Assembly: GCF_030684315.1 (NCBI RefSeq)
Contig: NC_081396.1
Coordinates: forward strand, 2,728,001 to 2,792,000
Reading direction: 5' to 3'
DNA from: Stegostoma tigrinum
Taxonomy: Eukaryota
DNA: 64,000 bases
Positions 25,929-39,245 of the stretch are shown here, in pieces (within the stretch, counting starts at the first letter, position 1; each line of letters starts with the position of its first letter). A program made the position numbers and the translations under genes. The notes under the pieces were generated by a model. That model was given only the letters and a program-made list of their open reading frames with translations, made no database searches and had not been told where the DNA came from.

Positions 25929-26720
25929 TAATGAGCGGAAGCTTCACCCGCATGGAGCATGGGTATGGTCTCTCCCTGCTGTGAATGGTATGATGCTTTT
26001 TAGGCTGCGTCACCAATTAAAGTTTTTTTCCAGAGTCGCTTCACTGGAAGACTCTTACTTGGAGTAAGAGGGTGTGTCACAGTGCTTTTCCAGTCAAATT
26101 GATGTTAAAACCTTCGATGCAGACAGAACAAATGGACATTTCTCCATCAATAGTTATTTAATTCTGGTTATTTTAATCACTATCTGCACATGAAGTTTGT
26201 TTAGTGATTTCTGCACAAATTAAAAATTCAGAACAGAGGGTTCTAGTTTTCTCTGGGATAGCTTTTTCCTCTCTCTCCTCTCACATTCTCGCACAATGCT
26301 CACTCTGCTGTCTCTAATATACACCCTCCCCGTTCTCCTGAAGGTACTGATAAACAGATCCAAAGTCATTACTTCCTGTCCTGTACAGACTCTGCTGCTG
26401 CATAAGTTCACTTGCTTCCCTTCAGTTTTTACGTCAATAATTTCACGACAGAATGGGGATAAAAAATGGAAACAGAAAGGTAGATAAAAGGAAGGATTTT
26501 GTTCATAGATGTTGGACAGAAAAGGAGGGTTCAGTCTGGCAGAATCTTTCCAGTCCTTGATTGTTTTTCATATGTCAATTTCTAGCATTATGACAATTAG
26601 GGGATTGGAACCTGGACTTGTGTGGGCATGGTGACACTTTGACACCCCACAAGTTGAACAGTATAAAAAGTGAGTGCCTTTGTTTGCCAAAAAATCACAA
26701 CGTTAATATGTTCCACCCCA

Positions 26721-27070
26721 GGGGCAGCACAGTGATTCAATGGTTACCACTGCGGCCTCACAGCACGAGGGACCCAGGTTTGATTCCACCCTTGGGCGAC
26801 TGTCTGTGTGCAGTTTCTCCCCGTGCCTGCATGGGTTTCCTCCGGGTGCTCCGGTTTCCTTCCACAGTCCAAAGATACGCAAGTTAGGTGGATTGGCCAT
26901 GCTAAATTGCCCGCAGTGTCCAGGCATGTTTAAGTTAGGTGGGGTACGCATGTGGAAATGCAGGGGTAGGGGAATGAGTTGCAGTGGGCTGCTCTACAGA
27001 GGGATAGCATGGACTAGTCGGATTAAATGGCCTGTTTCCGCACAGGAGGGATTCTGTGGTCTATGATCTA
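26721..27070 (+). mobile_element. HE1-like SINE, full length
   Basis: ggggcagcacagtgattcaatggtt...gggacccaggtttgattcc head, V-domain and tail ...ctatgatctatg. Confidence 0.9.
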
Positions 27071-27329
27071 TGAGGTATGCCTTGCACATGCTCCGAAGCT
27101 TGTCATTATTCTGAACATGTGCAATTTCAGGTGTTCCGACATGTGTGGTTCCTGCATTAGAGTTGGAGACCCCAAGTAGCTACTGGAGCACTGTCTGTGG
27201 GAAGTGGATGAAAAAAGTGGACAGTGGTTGGAACAGGATCGTCATTCATAGTACTTGCACACCATCACTGGAGTTTACTGAGAATACCCGCTTATGCAAC
27301 AAGATTGCACAAGACCCTGTCTTCTATGT

Positions 27330-28278
27330 GATGATGGCATGAGACAAAGAGTAATGACGGAGAGTTGCTTTTTGGACTGGAGTCCTGTGACCTGCAGAAT
27401 TCTGCAGGGAGTGCTTCTGGGAACTCTTTTCCTTGCCGTTTACATAAATGATTTGGATGAGAATACAGAAGGCACGGTTAGTAAGTTTCCTGATGACACT
27501 GATATTGGTGACATGTTAGACAGTGAAGAAGATTTTCTAAGATTACAGAGGGATCTTGATCAAATGGGTCAATGTGCTGAAAAATGGCAGATGGACTTCA
27601 ACCTGGATAAATGCGAGGTATTGCATTTTGGTACAACTAACAAGAGTAGGACTCGTACAATTAATGGTAGGGTCTAAGGTAGAATTGTAAAACAGAGGGA
27701 CCGAGGGATGCAGGTAATAAATCTTTAAAGCTTGCATCACGTAGCCAGGGTGGTCAAAAAGGCATTTGGCGCACTTGCCTTCATTGCTCATTCCTTTGTA
27801 TATAGGAGTTGGTAAGTCATGTTAAGGTTGTACAGGACATTGGTGTGTCTTCCTCTGGAATACTGTGTCCAGGTCTGGCCACACAGTTGTAAGAAGCATA
27901 TTATCAAGCTGAGAGGTTCAGAAGAGATCTATCAAGGTGTTGCTGGATATGGAAATTTTGACTTCAGAAGTCTGGATATACTGGGAATATTTTCACTGGA
28001 ACATAACAGGTTGAGAGGTGACCTGATGGTAGTTTATAAAACAATGAGAGGTATTGATAGAGTTAATGGTCATTGTCTTTCCCTAGGATGGGGAATTTCA
28101 AGACTGTGGGGCACATTTCAAGGTGAGAGGAGACAGCTTTAAAACAGACATGAGGCAGATTTTTTACACCAGACGGAGGTTCGCATGTGAAATAAATTTC
28201 CTGAGGAAGTGGTGGATGGGGGTACGACTACGCAATTTAAAAGACATTTGGATAATTACTAGAATAGGAAAGGTTTGG
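27330..28278 (+). mobile_element. CR1/HER1 LINE RT and C-terminus
   Basis: YINDLD, SKFPDDT, LQRDLD, KWQMDFNLDKCEV, LEYCVQ and RLRGDL motifs. Confidence 0.9.
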
Positions 28279-29191
28279 AGTGATAACCGGAACTGCAGAT
28301 GCTGGAAAATCCAAGATAATCAAATGTGAGGCTGGATGAACACAGCAGGCCCAGCAGCATCTCAGGAGCACAAAAGCTGACAAAAGCACTGCCCTCCAAC
28401 CCCACCACACCCGGCACCTTCCCCTGCAACCGCAGGAAATGCTACACTTTCCCCCACACCTCCTCCCTCACCCCTATCCCAGGCCCCAACATGACTTTCC
28501 ATATTAAGCAGAGGTTCACCTGCACATTTGCCAATGTCGTATACTGCATCCATTGTACCCAGTGTGGCTTCCTCTACATTGGGGAAACCAAGCGGAGGCT
28601 TGGGGGCTGCTTTGCAGAACACCTCCACTCGGTTCGCAATAAACAACTGCACCTCCCAGTCGCAAACCATTTCCACTCCCCCTCCCATTCTTTAGATGAC
28701 ATGTCCATCATGGGCCTCCTGCAGTGCCACAATGATGCCACCCGAAGGTTGCAGGAACAGCAACTCATATTCCGCTTGGGAACCCTGCAGCCCAATGGTA
28801 TCAATGTGGACTTCACCAGCTTCAGAATCTCCCCTTCCCCCACCGCATCCCAAAACCAGCCCAGTTCATCCCTTTCCCCCCACTGCACCACACAACCAGC
28901 CCAGCCCTTCCCCTCCACCCACTGCATCCCAAAACCAGTCCAACCTGTCTCTGCCTCCCTAACCTGTTCTTCCTCTCACCCATCCCTTCCTCCCACGCCA
29001 AGCCGCACCTCCATCTCCGACCTACTAACCTCATCCCACCTCCTTGACCTGTCCATCTTCCCTGGACTGACTATCCCCTCCCTGCCTCCCCACCTATACT
29101 CTCCTCTCCACCTATCTTCTTTTCTCTCCATCTTCGGTCCGCCTCCCCGTCTCTCCCTATTTATTCCAGAACCCTCTCCCCATCCCCCTCT

Positions 29192-29219
29192 CTGATGAAG
29201 GGTCTAGGCCCGAAACGTC
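29192..29219 (+). ncRNA. Minimal hammerhead ribozyme motif (PLE family A)
   Basis: CTGATGA-A-GGGTCTAGGCCC-GAAA-CGTC; palindromic ACGT helix III; helix I weak. Confidence 0.7.
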
Positions 29220-29311
29220 AGCTTTTGTGCTCCTGAGCCTGCTGTGTTCATCCAGCCTCACATTTTATTATCTTGGATTCTCCAGCATCTGCAGTTCCCA
29301 TTATCACTGAT

Positions 29312-31028
29312 AAAACAACCCCGCACGGCCCGTTTCTATCTCCTTCCCAAAATCCACAAACCTGCCTGCCCTGGTCAACCCATTGTCTCAGCCTGTTCCT
29401 GCCCCACCGAACTCATCTCCACCTATCTGGACTCCATTTTCTCCCCTTTGGTCCAGGAATTCCCGACCTACGTCCATGACAACACCCACGCCCTCCACCT
29501 CCTCCAGGATTTCCAATTCCTTGGCCCGCAACACCTCATTTTCGCCATGGACGTCCAGTCCCTATACACCTGTATTCCACATGCACATGGCCTCAAGGCC
29601 CTCCGCTTCTTCCTGTCCCGCAGGCCCGACCATTCCCCCTCCACCGACACCCTCATCCGCCTAGCCGAACTCGTCCTCACCCTCAACAACTTCTCCTTCG
29701 ATTCCTCCCACTTCCTACAGACTAAGGGGGTGGCCATGGGCACCCGCATGGGCCCCAGCTATGCCTGCCTCTTTGTAGGTTACGTGGAACAGTCCCTCTT
29801 CTGCACCTACACAGGCCCCAAACCCCACCTCTTCCTCCATTACATTGATGACTGTATCGGTGGCACCTCTTGCTCCCCAGAGGAGCTCGAACAGTTCATC
29901 CGCTTCATCAACACCTTCCACCCTAACCTTCAGTTCACCTGGGCCATCTCCAGCACATCCCTCACCTTCCTGGACCTCTCAGTCTCCATCTCAGGCAACC
30001 AGCTTGTAACTGATGTCCATTTCAAGCCCACCGACTCCCACAGCTACCTAGAATACATCTCCTCCCACCCACCCTCCTGCAAAAATTCCATCTCCTATTC
30101 CCAATTCCTCCGGCTCCACCGCATCTGCTCCCACGATGAGGCATTCCACTCCCGCAAATCCCAGATGTCCAAGTTCTTCAAGGACAGCAACTTTCCCCCC
30201 ACAGTGGTCGAGAACGCCCTTGACTGCGTCTCCTGCATTCCCCGCAACACATCCCTTACACCCCGCCACAACCGCCCAAAGAGGATCCCCCTCGTTCTCA
30301 CACACCACCCCACCAACCTACGGATACAACGCATCATCCTCCGACACTTCCGCCATCTACAATCCGACCCTACTACCCAAGACATTTTTCCATCCCCACC
30401 CCTGTCTGCTTTCTGGAGAGACCACTCTCTCCATGACTCCCTTGTTCGCTCCACACTACCCTCCAACCCCACCACACCTGGCACCTTCCCCTGCAACCGC
30501 AGGAAATGCTACACTTGCCCCCACACATCCTCCCTCACCCCTATCCCAGGCCCCAACATGACTTTCCATATTAAGCAGAGGTTCACCTGCACATCTGCCA
30601 ATGTCCAATACTGCATCGATTGTACCCGGTGTGGCTTCCTCTACATTGGGGAAACCAAGCAGAGGCTTGGGGACCGCTTTGCAGAACACCTCCACTCGGT
30701 TCGCAATAAACAACTGCACCTCCCAGTCGCAAACCATTTCCACTCCCCCTCCCATTCTTTAGATGACATGTCCATCATGGGCCTCCTGCAGTGCCACAAT
30801 GATGCCACCCGAAAGTTGCAGGAACAGCAACTCATATCCCGCTTGGGAACCCTGCAGCCCAATGGTATCAATTTGGACTTCACCAGCTTCAAAATCTCCC
30901 CTTCCCCCACCGCATCCCAAAACCAGCCCAGTTCGTCCCCTCCCCCCACAGCACCACACAACCAGCCCAGCTCTTCCCCTCCACCCACTGCATCCCAAAA
31001 CCAGTCCAACCTGTCTCTGCTTCCCTAA
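29312..31028 (+). CDS. Penelope RT plus GIY-YIG endonuclease, 5'-truncated but open
   Basis: FYLLPKIHK, MDVQSLYT, GVAMGTRMGPSYACLF, YIDD, FLDL, then YCIDCTRCGFLYIGETKQRL..RFAEH. Confidence 0.9.
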
Positions 31029-31258
31029 CCTGTTCTTCCTCTCACCCATCCCTTCCTCCCACCCCAGGCCGCACCTCCATCTCCTACCTACTAACCTCAT
31101 CCCACCTCCTTGACCTGTCCGTCTTCCCTGGACTGACCTATCCCCTCCCTACCTCCCCACCGATACTCTCCTCTCCACCTATCTTGTTTTTTCTCCATCT
31201 TCGGTCCGCTTCCCCCTCTCTCCCTATTTATTCCAGAACCCTCACCCCATCCCCCTCT

Positions 31259-31286
31259 CTGATGAAGGGTCTAGGCCCGAAACGTC
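31259..31286 (+). ncRNA. Minimal hammerhead ribozyme motif (PLE family A)
   Basis: Identical to 29192-29219. Confidence 0.7.
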
Positions 31287-31599
31287 AGCTTTTGTGCTCC
31301 TGAGATGCTGCTTGGCCTGCTGTGTTCATCCAGCCTCACATTTTATTATCTTGGATTCTCCAGCATCTGCAGTTCCCATTATCACTGAATCAAGTGACAC
31401 TGTCAGATCTTGATGTGCTGTTTGTTTTGAGTTTCCGAAATGCAAATCCTCTTCAAATATCTTGTAAAATAAGTTTACAAAAGTGATCACTGTCAGCCCA
31501 GATCAAAACAGAAACACAGGCAATAAACTTTTCTCTCTTTTTTTTAACTGTGCGTAAATGTTCCCCTGCAAAAGGTGTTTATGAACTCCATCCCCGCCA

Positions 31600-32000
31600 G
31601 CACAACACAGAGCCTCACGTTCTCGCCCCCTGAGGATTAATGCGCATGCGCGCGGCCGCCTCTCCGCTCCCTCCAAAGACGGCGGCCGAGACTCGCAGCC
31701 TCCTCGCCGAGAGGAAGCCTCGTGTTGTGAAGCAAGGACAGACCGTTTCTTTCATCGGGCTCTGCCGCATCCACAGGGTGTCTCAAAAGCCTCGACATTA
31801 AATCGCACCGTCCGTCGCCTCCTGGGCTCCGCCTCGTTGTCACCCGTTAACGAAGACGAGGAAAGAAAAGGACCACCTTCAGGACGGCGCCCCCACCAGA
31901 CGGCCCGTGCGGCGGAGTAGACGGAGCATGCGCGATGATCATCGCTTCCCCGGATGGCCGGTTAGCCCATCATATCATTGTCACCCACGTCACCTAATTC
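31600..32000. promoter_or_regulatory. CpG-rich promoter paralogous to those at 0.5 kb and 15.1 kb
   Basis: TGCGCATGCGC 31641-31651, AAGACGGCGGCC from 31676, and a second CATGCGC near 31927. Confidence 0.65.
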
Positions 32001-32169
32001 GTGAGGGATAAGTTCCTGGATGGAGAAGCAGTAATGTAGAATTCCAAACTCAAACAGATAAGCCCTCTGACCTGTGGAGAAAGTGGCATTGTGCAGTTCG
32101 GTTGGAAATGACTTCACAGTCTACGCTGTGCACTGGCCCAGCGGCTCCCATTGCAGCGTTTGAATTGAC

Positions 32170-32310
32170 TTAGATAACAAGGTGCAGAGCTGGATGAACA
32201 TGGCAGGCCAAGCAGCATCAGAGGAGCAGGAAAGCTGACGTTTCGGGCCTGGACCCTTCTTCAGAAATGGGGCAGGGGAACGGGGTTCTGAAATAAATAG
32301 GGAGAGAGTG
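32170..32310 (-). mobile_element. Penelope family A pLTR fragment with hammerhead motif (32237-32264)
   Basis: Minus strand CTGAAGA-AGGGTCCAGGCCC-GAAACGTC. Confidence 0.8.
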
Positions 32311-32379
32311 TATTTGGGATAGTACAATATGTTGTAGCTCCAACCAGGCATCTTGGTACATTGGATATGGTAAGATGCA

Positions 32380-35300
32380 ATGAGGCAGGCTTAATGAATG
32401 ATGACAAATTCAAAGATTCCCTCAGAAGTATTGATTATCAAAAAAACAAACTTTAGCATTCAGTTTGAGATGGAGGAAACTGCGTCAGACTAACTATGCT
32501 AGCATACAAAGGTAATTGCAAAAGGTTGAGAGCAGAGCTCCTGGAATGGACTGTGAAAGGAGTTTGGTAGCAAAGACATATGGAGAACAATGGAAAATAT
32601 TTAAGAAAAATAATTCATAGCTTACAGCAAAAATATATCCAAGTGAGAAAGAAGAAATACAGGAATGGGATACACCAGTTATGGTTAAGCAGAGAAGTTA
32701 GAGATAGCAATAACTTTGAATAAAGGAAACACATGAAATGTAGCAAATATTATTGGTAAGCAGAGTATTCAGGAAGTTTAAAGAACGACCAAAAGGCAAA
32801 CACAAATTAATGAGGAGGGAGAAATTAAACATTGAAGTAAAATTATGGGTAACATCAAAACAGACAGTAAAAGCTTTTTTTGAAAGTCTTAAAAAGTAAG
32901 GTAGGGCCATAGTGAACAAAAACCCATATTGCGTGAAGCTGGGGAATTAATGACTCTGAACAAACATAAAATGGCAGACGAATTGAAACATACAAGGGCG
33001 AGGAATACCATACAATAGCTATCAGTGAAAAAAAAACCCAGGACGAATAAATGGACTAAATACCACCAAGTATATTGGAACTAAAGAGATGCAATCATTG
33101 ATAGAATGTAAATAACAACAAAAGTATTGGGTACACTGGTAGTAACTTTCCAATAATCATTAGAGTTTGGAAGACTTCCAGAACATTGGGAAACTGTCAA
33201 GGTAACACTTTTATTCAAAACAAAAAGCAAGACACAACAAAGGGATGACTGAGGCCATTTAGTTTAACATCAGTTGTTACCAAAATAGTGAAGTCTACCA
33301 AAAAGAATGAAACAACAGAGCATTTAGAATGACATGACAGGGTCATGAAGACTGAGAATTGTTTTATGAAAGAGAAATCTTGTCTGATAAATTTAGTAGA
33401 TTTCTTTGAGAAACTAAAAAAGCAGAAAAAAAGGAAGATTGTGTGTGCAATATATCCAGATTTTCAGGAAACGTTTCATAAGATTACTCAATAAGAACCC
33501 ATGACTTTAGAGATGCATACTTGCGTGGAGAAAGAAGTGTCTAAATCATAGCAGAAATACTTTTAGATTATGAGTTTCATTTTACTGGATATCAACCTGT
33601 AACTAAATAATGATCTCGTGCATCAGTGCTGGGACCACAAGTATTGACAATGTGCATTAAAAACTTAAATGATAAATGGGAATGTACTGGAGGCAAGTTT
33701 GTAAATAACATAAACCTAGGTGAGAAGGCAGTTAATAAGTTTGAGACAAAAAGTTTACAGAGGCTTATAGACAAGCCAAGAGAGTGAACCAAAATGTGCA
33801 TAATCAAGCAATGTGGATGAAATAAATGTGAATAATTGGAAGAAGCGAAGTTATGCAATTTTGTAGGAAAAATAAAGCAGCTAAATGTTGTCCAAATAAA
33901 AATTACAATCAAAAATCTACAAAGCAGATTTGTGAATCCTCGTCCTTGAATCACAAAATACTAGCTTTTAATTTTGGCTGTTACTAAGGAAGGTAGACTT
34001 AATGTTGGGCTGTATTTCAAATCTAATGGAGTATTGAGATGAGGAATAAGAGGGCAGAGCAGGAGAGTGCATGGCTGAGGAGCTAGAAGAAGGGGACAGG
34101 ATTCACATTTTGGGAGCATTGAGATCACTTCACTGGTAGAAGTGACCTGTAATACAAGGGATGGCTGCCCCCTGAATTGAAAACAGACCGACATTCTTGT
34201 TTGGGAGTTCACGGGTGTTAATACCAGAAGCTTTAAATCAGTAAGGCGGGGGCATGGGGTGTGGTGTGAGGCTGAGGCAAACAAAGCAAAAGTGAGAAAA
34301 GAGAAAAGGCTGAGGCTGGTAACGTAGGTAAGGTGAGCAATTCAAGGCAGTCACTGTTTTTGCAGGGAATGAGCTAAGACTGACAAAGTAAACTGCATTT
34401 TCTATAACGCAAGAGGCCTGATATGTAAGGCAGGTAAGCCTGTGGCATGGTTGGGAACTGGGATATCGTAGATGCAGCAGAAACGTGACACAGGGATGGA
34501 CAGGACAGGCAGCTTACTGTTCCAGTTTACAGACACGATTGGAAAGATAGAAATGCAGCAACAGAAGAGGTGGAGTGGTGTTTAGAGAGAGCATTACAAC
34601 ATTATGTAGGGAAGATATTCCTGGGATACCATCCAATAAAGTTGTGTAGGTGGAACTTTAAAATAAGAAAAGGATGATCACCGTGCTGGGATTGTACTGT
34701 AGGCCTCCTAACGGTTGCTGGGAAAATCAGAAGCCAATATGTCAGGAGATCTCAGATACCTGTAAGAAAAAAAAGGTAGTCAAAGGGGAATTTAACTTTA
34801 CAAACATAGAATGAGAATGATATAGTGTTAAGGGCTTACATGGGGAGGAATTTGCTAGGTGTGCACAAGAAACTTTTCTCAATCAGAATATGGATTTACA
34901 CAAAAACTGAGCCTTCTCTTAGGAAATAAGGTAAGACAAGTAACTGAGGTGTCCATGGGGACGTGCCTCAGTGCAAATTATCACAATTCTACCACTTTAA
35001 AAATGGTTAATGGAACAAAAAGTGAAATTTCGAATTTGGAGTGAGGCCAATTTTGACAGTATTAGACGGAACTTTGAAAAATTGACTGCTGTTTGCAAGT
35101 AAAGTGGTGCTTGGAAATTAGGAGGCCATGAAGAATGAGATATTGAAATTTCCGATACAGTATGTTCCCGTTTGTGTGAAGAGCAGGATTGGTATGCGTA
35201 GGTAATGCTGGAAGACTAGAGAAATTGAGGCTCTGTTCAAGAAAAAGAAGGAGACCTCTGTGGGATGTAGACAGCTGGGATCGACTGTATCCATGGAAGA

Positions 35301-36720
35301 GTGTATCCGTGGTAGGAGAATAGGTAAGAGGGAACACAGCAGGGGCAAAAGGAAACAAATCAGACATGGGTAGTTTTGGAAAATAGAATTAAGGAGGATC
35401 CAAAGAAATTCTAAAATTAGAACCATGACAAAACAAAAAGGAACGAGTGAGAGAATAGGGGCCCCTTAAACACCAATGTGGTTGTCTTTGGGTGGAAACA
35501 TAGGGTATGGGTGAGATACCAACGAATATTTTGCATCAGTGTTTACTCTGGAGATGCACATGGAAAGTAAGGAATTTGGCAGGAACAATAAAGTAGTGAC
35601 ATGTTGAAAGCAGTTTGTATTACAGCAGAGGAAAGCTTAAAGCATGAAAAGGGTGATGAAACCTGGAACCTGATCAGGTGTTTCCCGGAATTTTGTGGGA
35701 AGCTAGGGAAAAAAAATTGGAAGGTTTTTGCTGAGATATTTGTATCATTGATAGCCATGGGTAAGCTACCATATGGCTTGGTTGGCCAACGTGGTTTCAC
35801 TATTTTAGAAAGACTGTAAGGAAAAATCATGGTATCATCAACTGGTTAATTGTTGGAGATGATTCTGAGGGATAAGGATTTACATGCATTTGGAAAGGCC
35901 AGGACTCTTTGGGATAGTCAGCATTGGTTTTTGGTGTGGGAAACCTTGTCCAATAGACCTGATAGAATTTTTTTCGAGGAAGTGAACAAAAAGATTGATG
36001 AGGAAAGAGCATCAGACGTTGTTCACTTGGATTTTAGTGAAGATTTCGACAAATTTCTGCATCATAGGCTAATTGGTAAAGTTAAATCATATGGGATTCA
36101 AGGGTGAGCTTGTGAATTGGGTAGAAAATTGGCTTAATGGTGAGAGACAAGAGTGGTGGTGGAGGATTGTTTTTCAGACTGGAGGCCTGAGCAGTTTTCC
36201 ATAGGGATCGGTGCGGGATCCACTTTTGTTTGCATTTATATAAATGAATTAAATGAGAATGTAGAAAGCGTGCTTAGTACATTTGTGGATGATACCAAAA
36301 TTGTTGTATGGTGGACATTGAAGGAAGTTATCAAAGATTATAAATAGACCTTGCTTGAATAGGTCATTGGGCTGGCTGTAGTTTGGATAAATGTGAGGTA
36401 TTCTATTTATCTAAAACAAACAAGGGTAGGCCCATTTACAATTAAATATAGTGTCTTGGTCGTGTTGTTGAACAGTGACATGTATGGGTTCAGGTACAGA
36501 ATTGTTTGAAGTTTGTATCACATGTTGACATGATGGCTAATAATCCATTTAGCACGCTTGCCTTCATTGCTTAGACATTTGAGTACAGGGAGATGGAAAG
36601 TCCTGTTGAGGCTCTACAGGACGTTGCTAAGTCCTCTTCTGCATTCCTATATCCAGCTCTGGCCCTCCTGTTACAGGAACGATACCATCATACGGTTGAG
36701 GGTAGAGAAACTATTCAATG
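32380..36720 (+). mobile_element. Two consecutive degenerate CR1 LINEs (about 32380-34050 and 34050-36720)
   Basis: Scattered APE and RT motifs: DVVHLDFSEDFDK, YINEL..FVDDTKI, VLLRLYRTL. Confidence 0.8.
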
Positions 36721-36729
36721 GAATGATGT

Positions 36730-38150
36730 GGGAAGGTAAGGTTCAAGTCAAACTCATGCATGCCGACCAGATATCCTCAATTAATCTCGTCCCATTTGCC
36801 AGCATTTTGGCCCATATTCCTGCAACTTTTCCTATTCATGTATCCATTCAGTGCCTATCAAATGTTGCAATTATACCACCTCTAGTATTTCCTCTGGCAG
36901 CTCACTGAATACATGCTCTACCCTCTGTGTGAAAAAGTTACACCTTATGCCCCTTTTAAATCTTTTCCCTCTCAGCTGAAACCTACGTCCTCTAGTTTTG
37001 GACTCCCCTACCCTGGGGAAGAGACATAGGTTAGTCACCTTCTCCATGTCTTGTGATTGTATAAACTTCTATAACATCTCTCTTCGGCCTCCTGCTTTCT
37101 GGAGAACATAGTCTCAGTCCGTTCAGCTTCTCTCTATAGCTCAAACTCCCAACCAAGGCAAAAACCTTTGTATTTCCAATTTCACAACACTTTCCTGCAG
37201 CAGAGTGACCAAAATTTTACACAATATTCCAAAAGTGGTCAGAGCAAAACCCTGTACAGCGGCAAAATTATCTCCCAACTATTATATTCACTGCACTGAA
37301 CCAGTAAAGGCAAGTAGAATAATCACCTTCTTCACGATGGTATTTACCCGTGACTCCACTTTCAAGCAACTGTGAAAGTGCACTGTGAGGCCTCTTTGTT
37401 CGTCAATACTCCCTAGGGCCTTATCATGAAAGGTATAACTCCAGCCCTCATTTGCTGTACCAAAATGCAGCACTGTACATGTATTCAAATTAAACTCCCA
37501 TCTGCCACTCCTTGTCCCATCAGCCCATCTGGTCAACATCCCTTTGTACTCTGAGGTAACATTTTGTGCTGTCCAGTGAATCACAATTTTTGGAGTCTTC
37601 TACAAACGTTTTAACTGTACCTCCTATATTGGCATCCAAACCATTATATGCATGAAAAAAAAACAGTGGAACCAGCATTCATCTTCGTGGCATAGCGCTG
37701 GTCACAGGCCTATCATCCCAAACATAACCCTCTGCCACCACCTTCTGTCTCCCATCTTCGAAACAATTTCGTATCCAAATGGCACGTTCTCTCTGGATTC
37801 TGTGAGATCTAATCTTGTTAACCAGCCTACTCTGTGGGACCTTGTCAAACGTTTTACTGAAGTCCATATAGACAACGTCTTCTGTTCTATTTTCATCAAT
37901 TCATTTTGTAACTTCTTCAAAAAGAAAACTCAAGTTTGGGAGGTTCAATTTTCTGCTCCCAAAGCCATGTTGCCTGTCCCTTATCAGTGTTTTTCTTTCG
38001 AAATACGTGTAAATCCTCTCCAACGAATTTCCCAGCACTAATGTAAGGCTCACCAGTCAAACGTGCCCTGGTTTTTACTTACAGACTTCTTTCAATAACG
38101 GCACAGTGTTAGCAAATCTCCAGGCTTCAGGCACATCTGTGACTATGGAT
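36730..38150 (-). mobile_element. CR1 LINE RT/3' region
   Basis: MDFSKTFDKVPQSRL and RWEFNLNTCTVLHFG on the minus strand. Confidence 0.85.
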
Positions 38151-38189
38151 CATACAGCTATCTCATCAAGGCATCCAAGTTAAGGGTAG

Positions 38190-38985
38190 GTCTTATTGGT
38201 ATCTCCAAATTCATGAAGAGCATTGATAGTTTGAATAAACAAGGTCTTTTTCCAAGGGTGGGCAAGTCTGAACCGAGAAGATACAGGATTAAGACGAGAA
38301 GGGTAATATTTAAAGAGGATCCGAGGGGTAATTTATTCACTCAGAGGGTGCTGGTGCGTGTATATTATGAGCTGCCAGAGAAAGTATTGGATGTGGGTCC
38401 AATTATCACATTTGAAAGATATCTGGATGCATGTATGAACAAGAAGAGTTTAAAAGAATATGGGTGAAATGCTGGCAAATGGGATTATGTCAGATGAGTT
38501 GGGCTGAAACATTTGTTTCCATGATTTATGGCTCTGCGACTGTAAAAGAATTGTTCAGAGTATAAAAGCATTCGACACACAACAGCTCGATTCCTGTGAA
38601 CTGTTCTGGGCCTCGTATCGAAGGAAACATCCACTGAAATGGAAAACAATCCTTATGAGGTTCAGTAGCTGATCGTGAGGCTGGAAGCCCTGTTCTGTGA
38701 ATACAGGTTAAGTGGTTTGTGCCTGTACATTTGGGATATAGAAGATTGAATGGTGGCACATTGAAACATGAATTATTTATAGCGGACTTGATGGGTTAAA
38801 TGCAGAAATATTGCTCGCTTTGTGGGACAGTTTAGTGGAAGAACATACATTCTCTGATTTGGAGGCCACAAATTTAAACCACAAATTTCTTCTCCCAGTA
38901 AATCTGCGGAATTCCTTACCACAGAAGACTGTCCTTCAGTATTTTCAAGGATGAAATCGACAGGTTTTCAATTGGCAATGGAATT
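38190..38985 (+). mobile_element. CR1 3'-end fragments
   Basis: RGNLFTQRV...ELPEKV...FERYLD. Confidence 0.75.
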
Positions 38986-38987
38986 AG

Positions 38988-39245
38988 AGGGAGGTGACGA
39001 CCGAGTTGCATTATCGTGAGACTATTAATCCAGAGATTGAGACAACATTCTGGGGACCAGGGCTCGAATCCAGCGGCGGCAGCTAGTGGAACTTGAATTC
39101 AGTAAAATATCTGGAAATAAGAATCTAATGATGACCATGAATCCATTGTTGGTTGTCAGGAAAAAAAAACCCTTCTGGCTCACAAACGTCCTTCAGGGAA
39201 GGACACTTACCGGGTTTGGCCTACATGTGACTCCAGGCCCATAGC
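38988..39245 (+). mobile_element. Second tRNA-headed SINE family (related copies at 41140-41480 and 45100-45355, both minus)
   Basis: Head with B-box-like ggctcgaatcc and conserved tccttcagggaagga...tgtgactccag block. Confidence 0.65.

Larger units (their letters stand above)
28279..31388 (+). mobile_element. Penelope-like retroelement family A, partial tandem with inverted 5' pLTR
   Basis: Order: inverted pLTR end (28279-28380), GIY-YIG-only unit plus pLTR (to about 29311), then 5'-truncated RT+GIY-YIG unit plus pLTR. This is typical PLE architecture. Confidence 0.93.

Noticed and set aside
26721-26800. tRNA genes
   Set aside because: The tRNA-like heads continue into SINE bodies and lack a full cloverleaf; the same holds for the other SINE copies.
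29244-29311. N-terminus of the 594-aa ORF as a true Penelope start
   Set aside because: GTG start inside the upstream pLTR, fused in frame by chance to a 5'-truncated RT.
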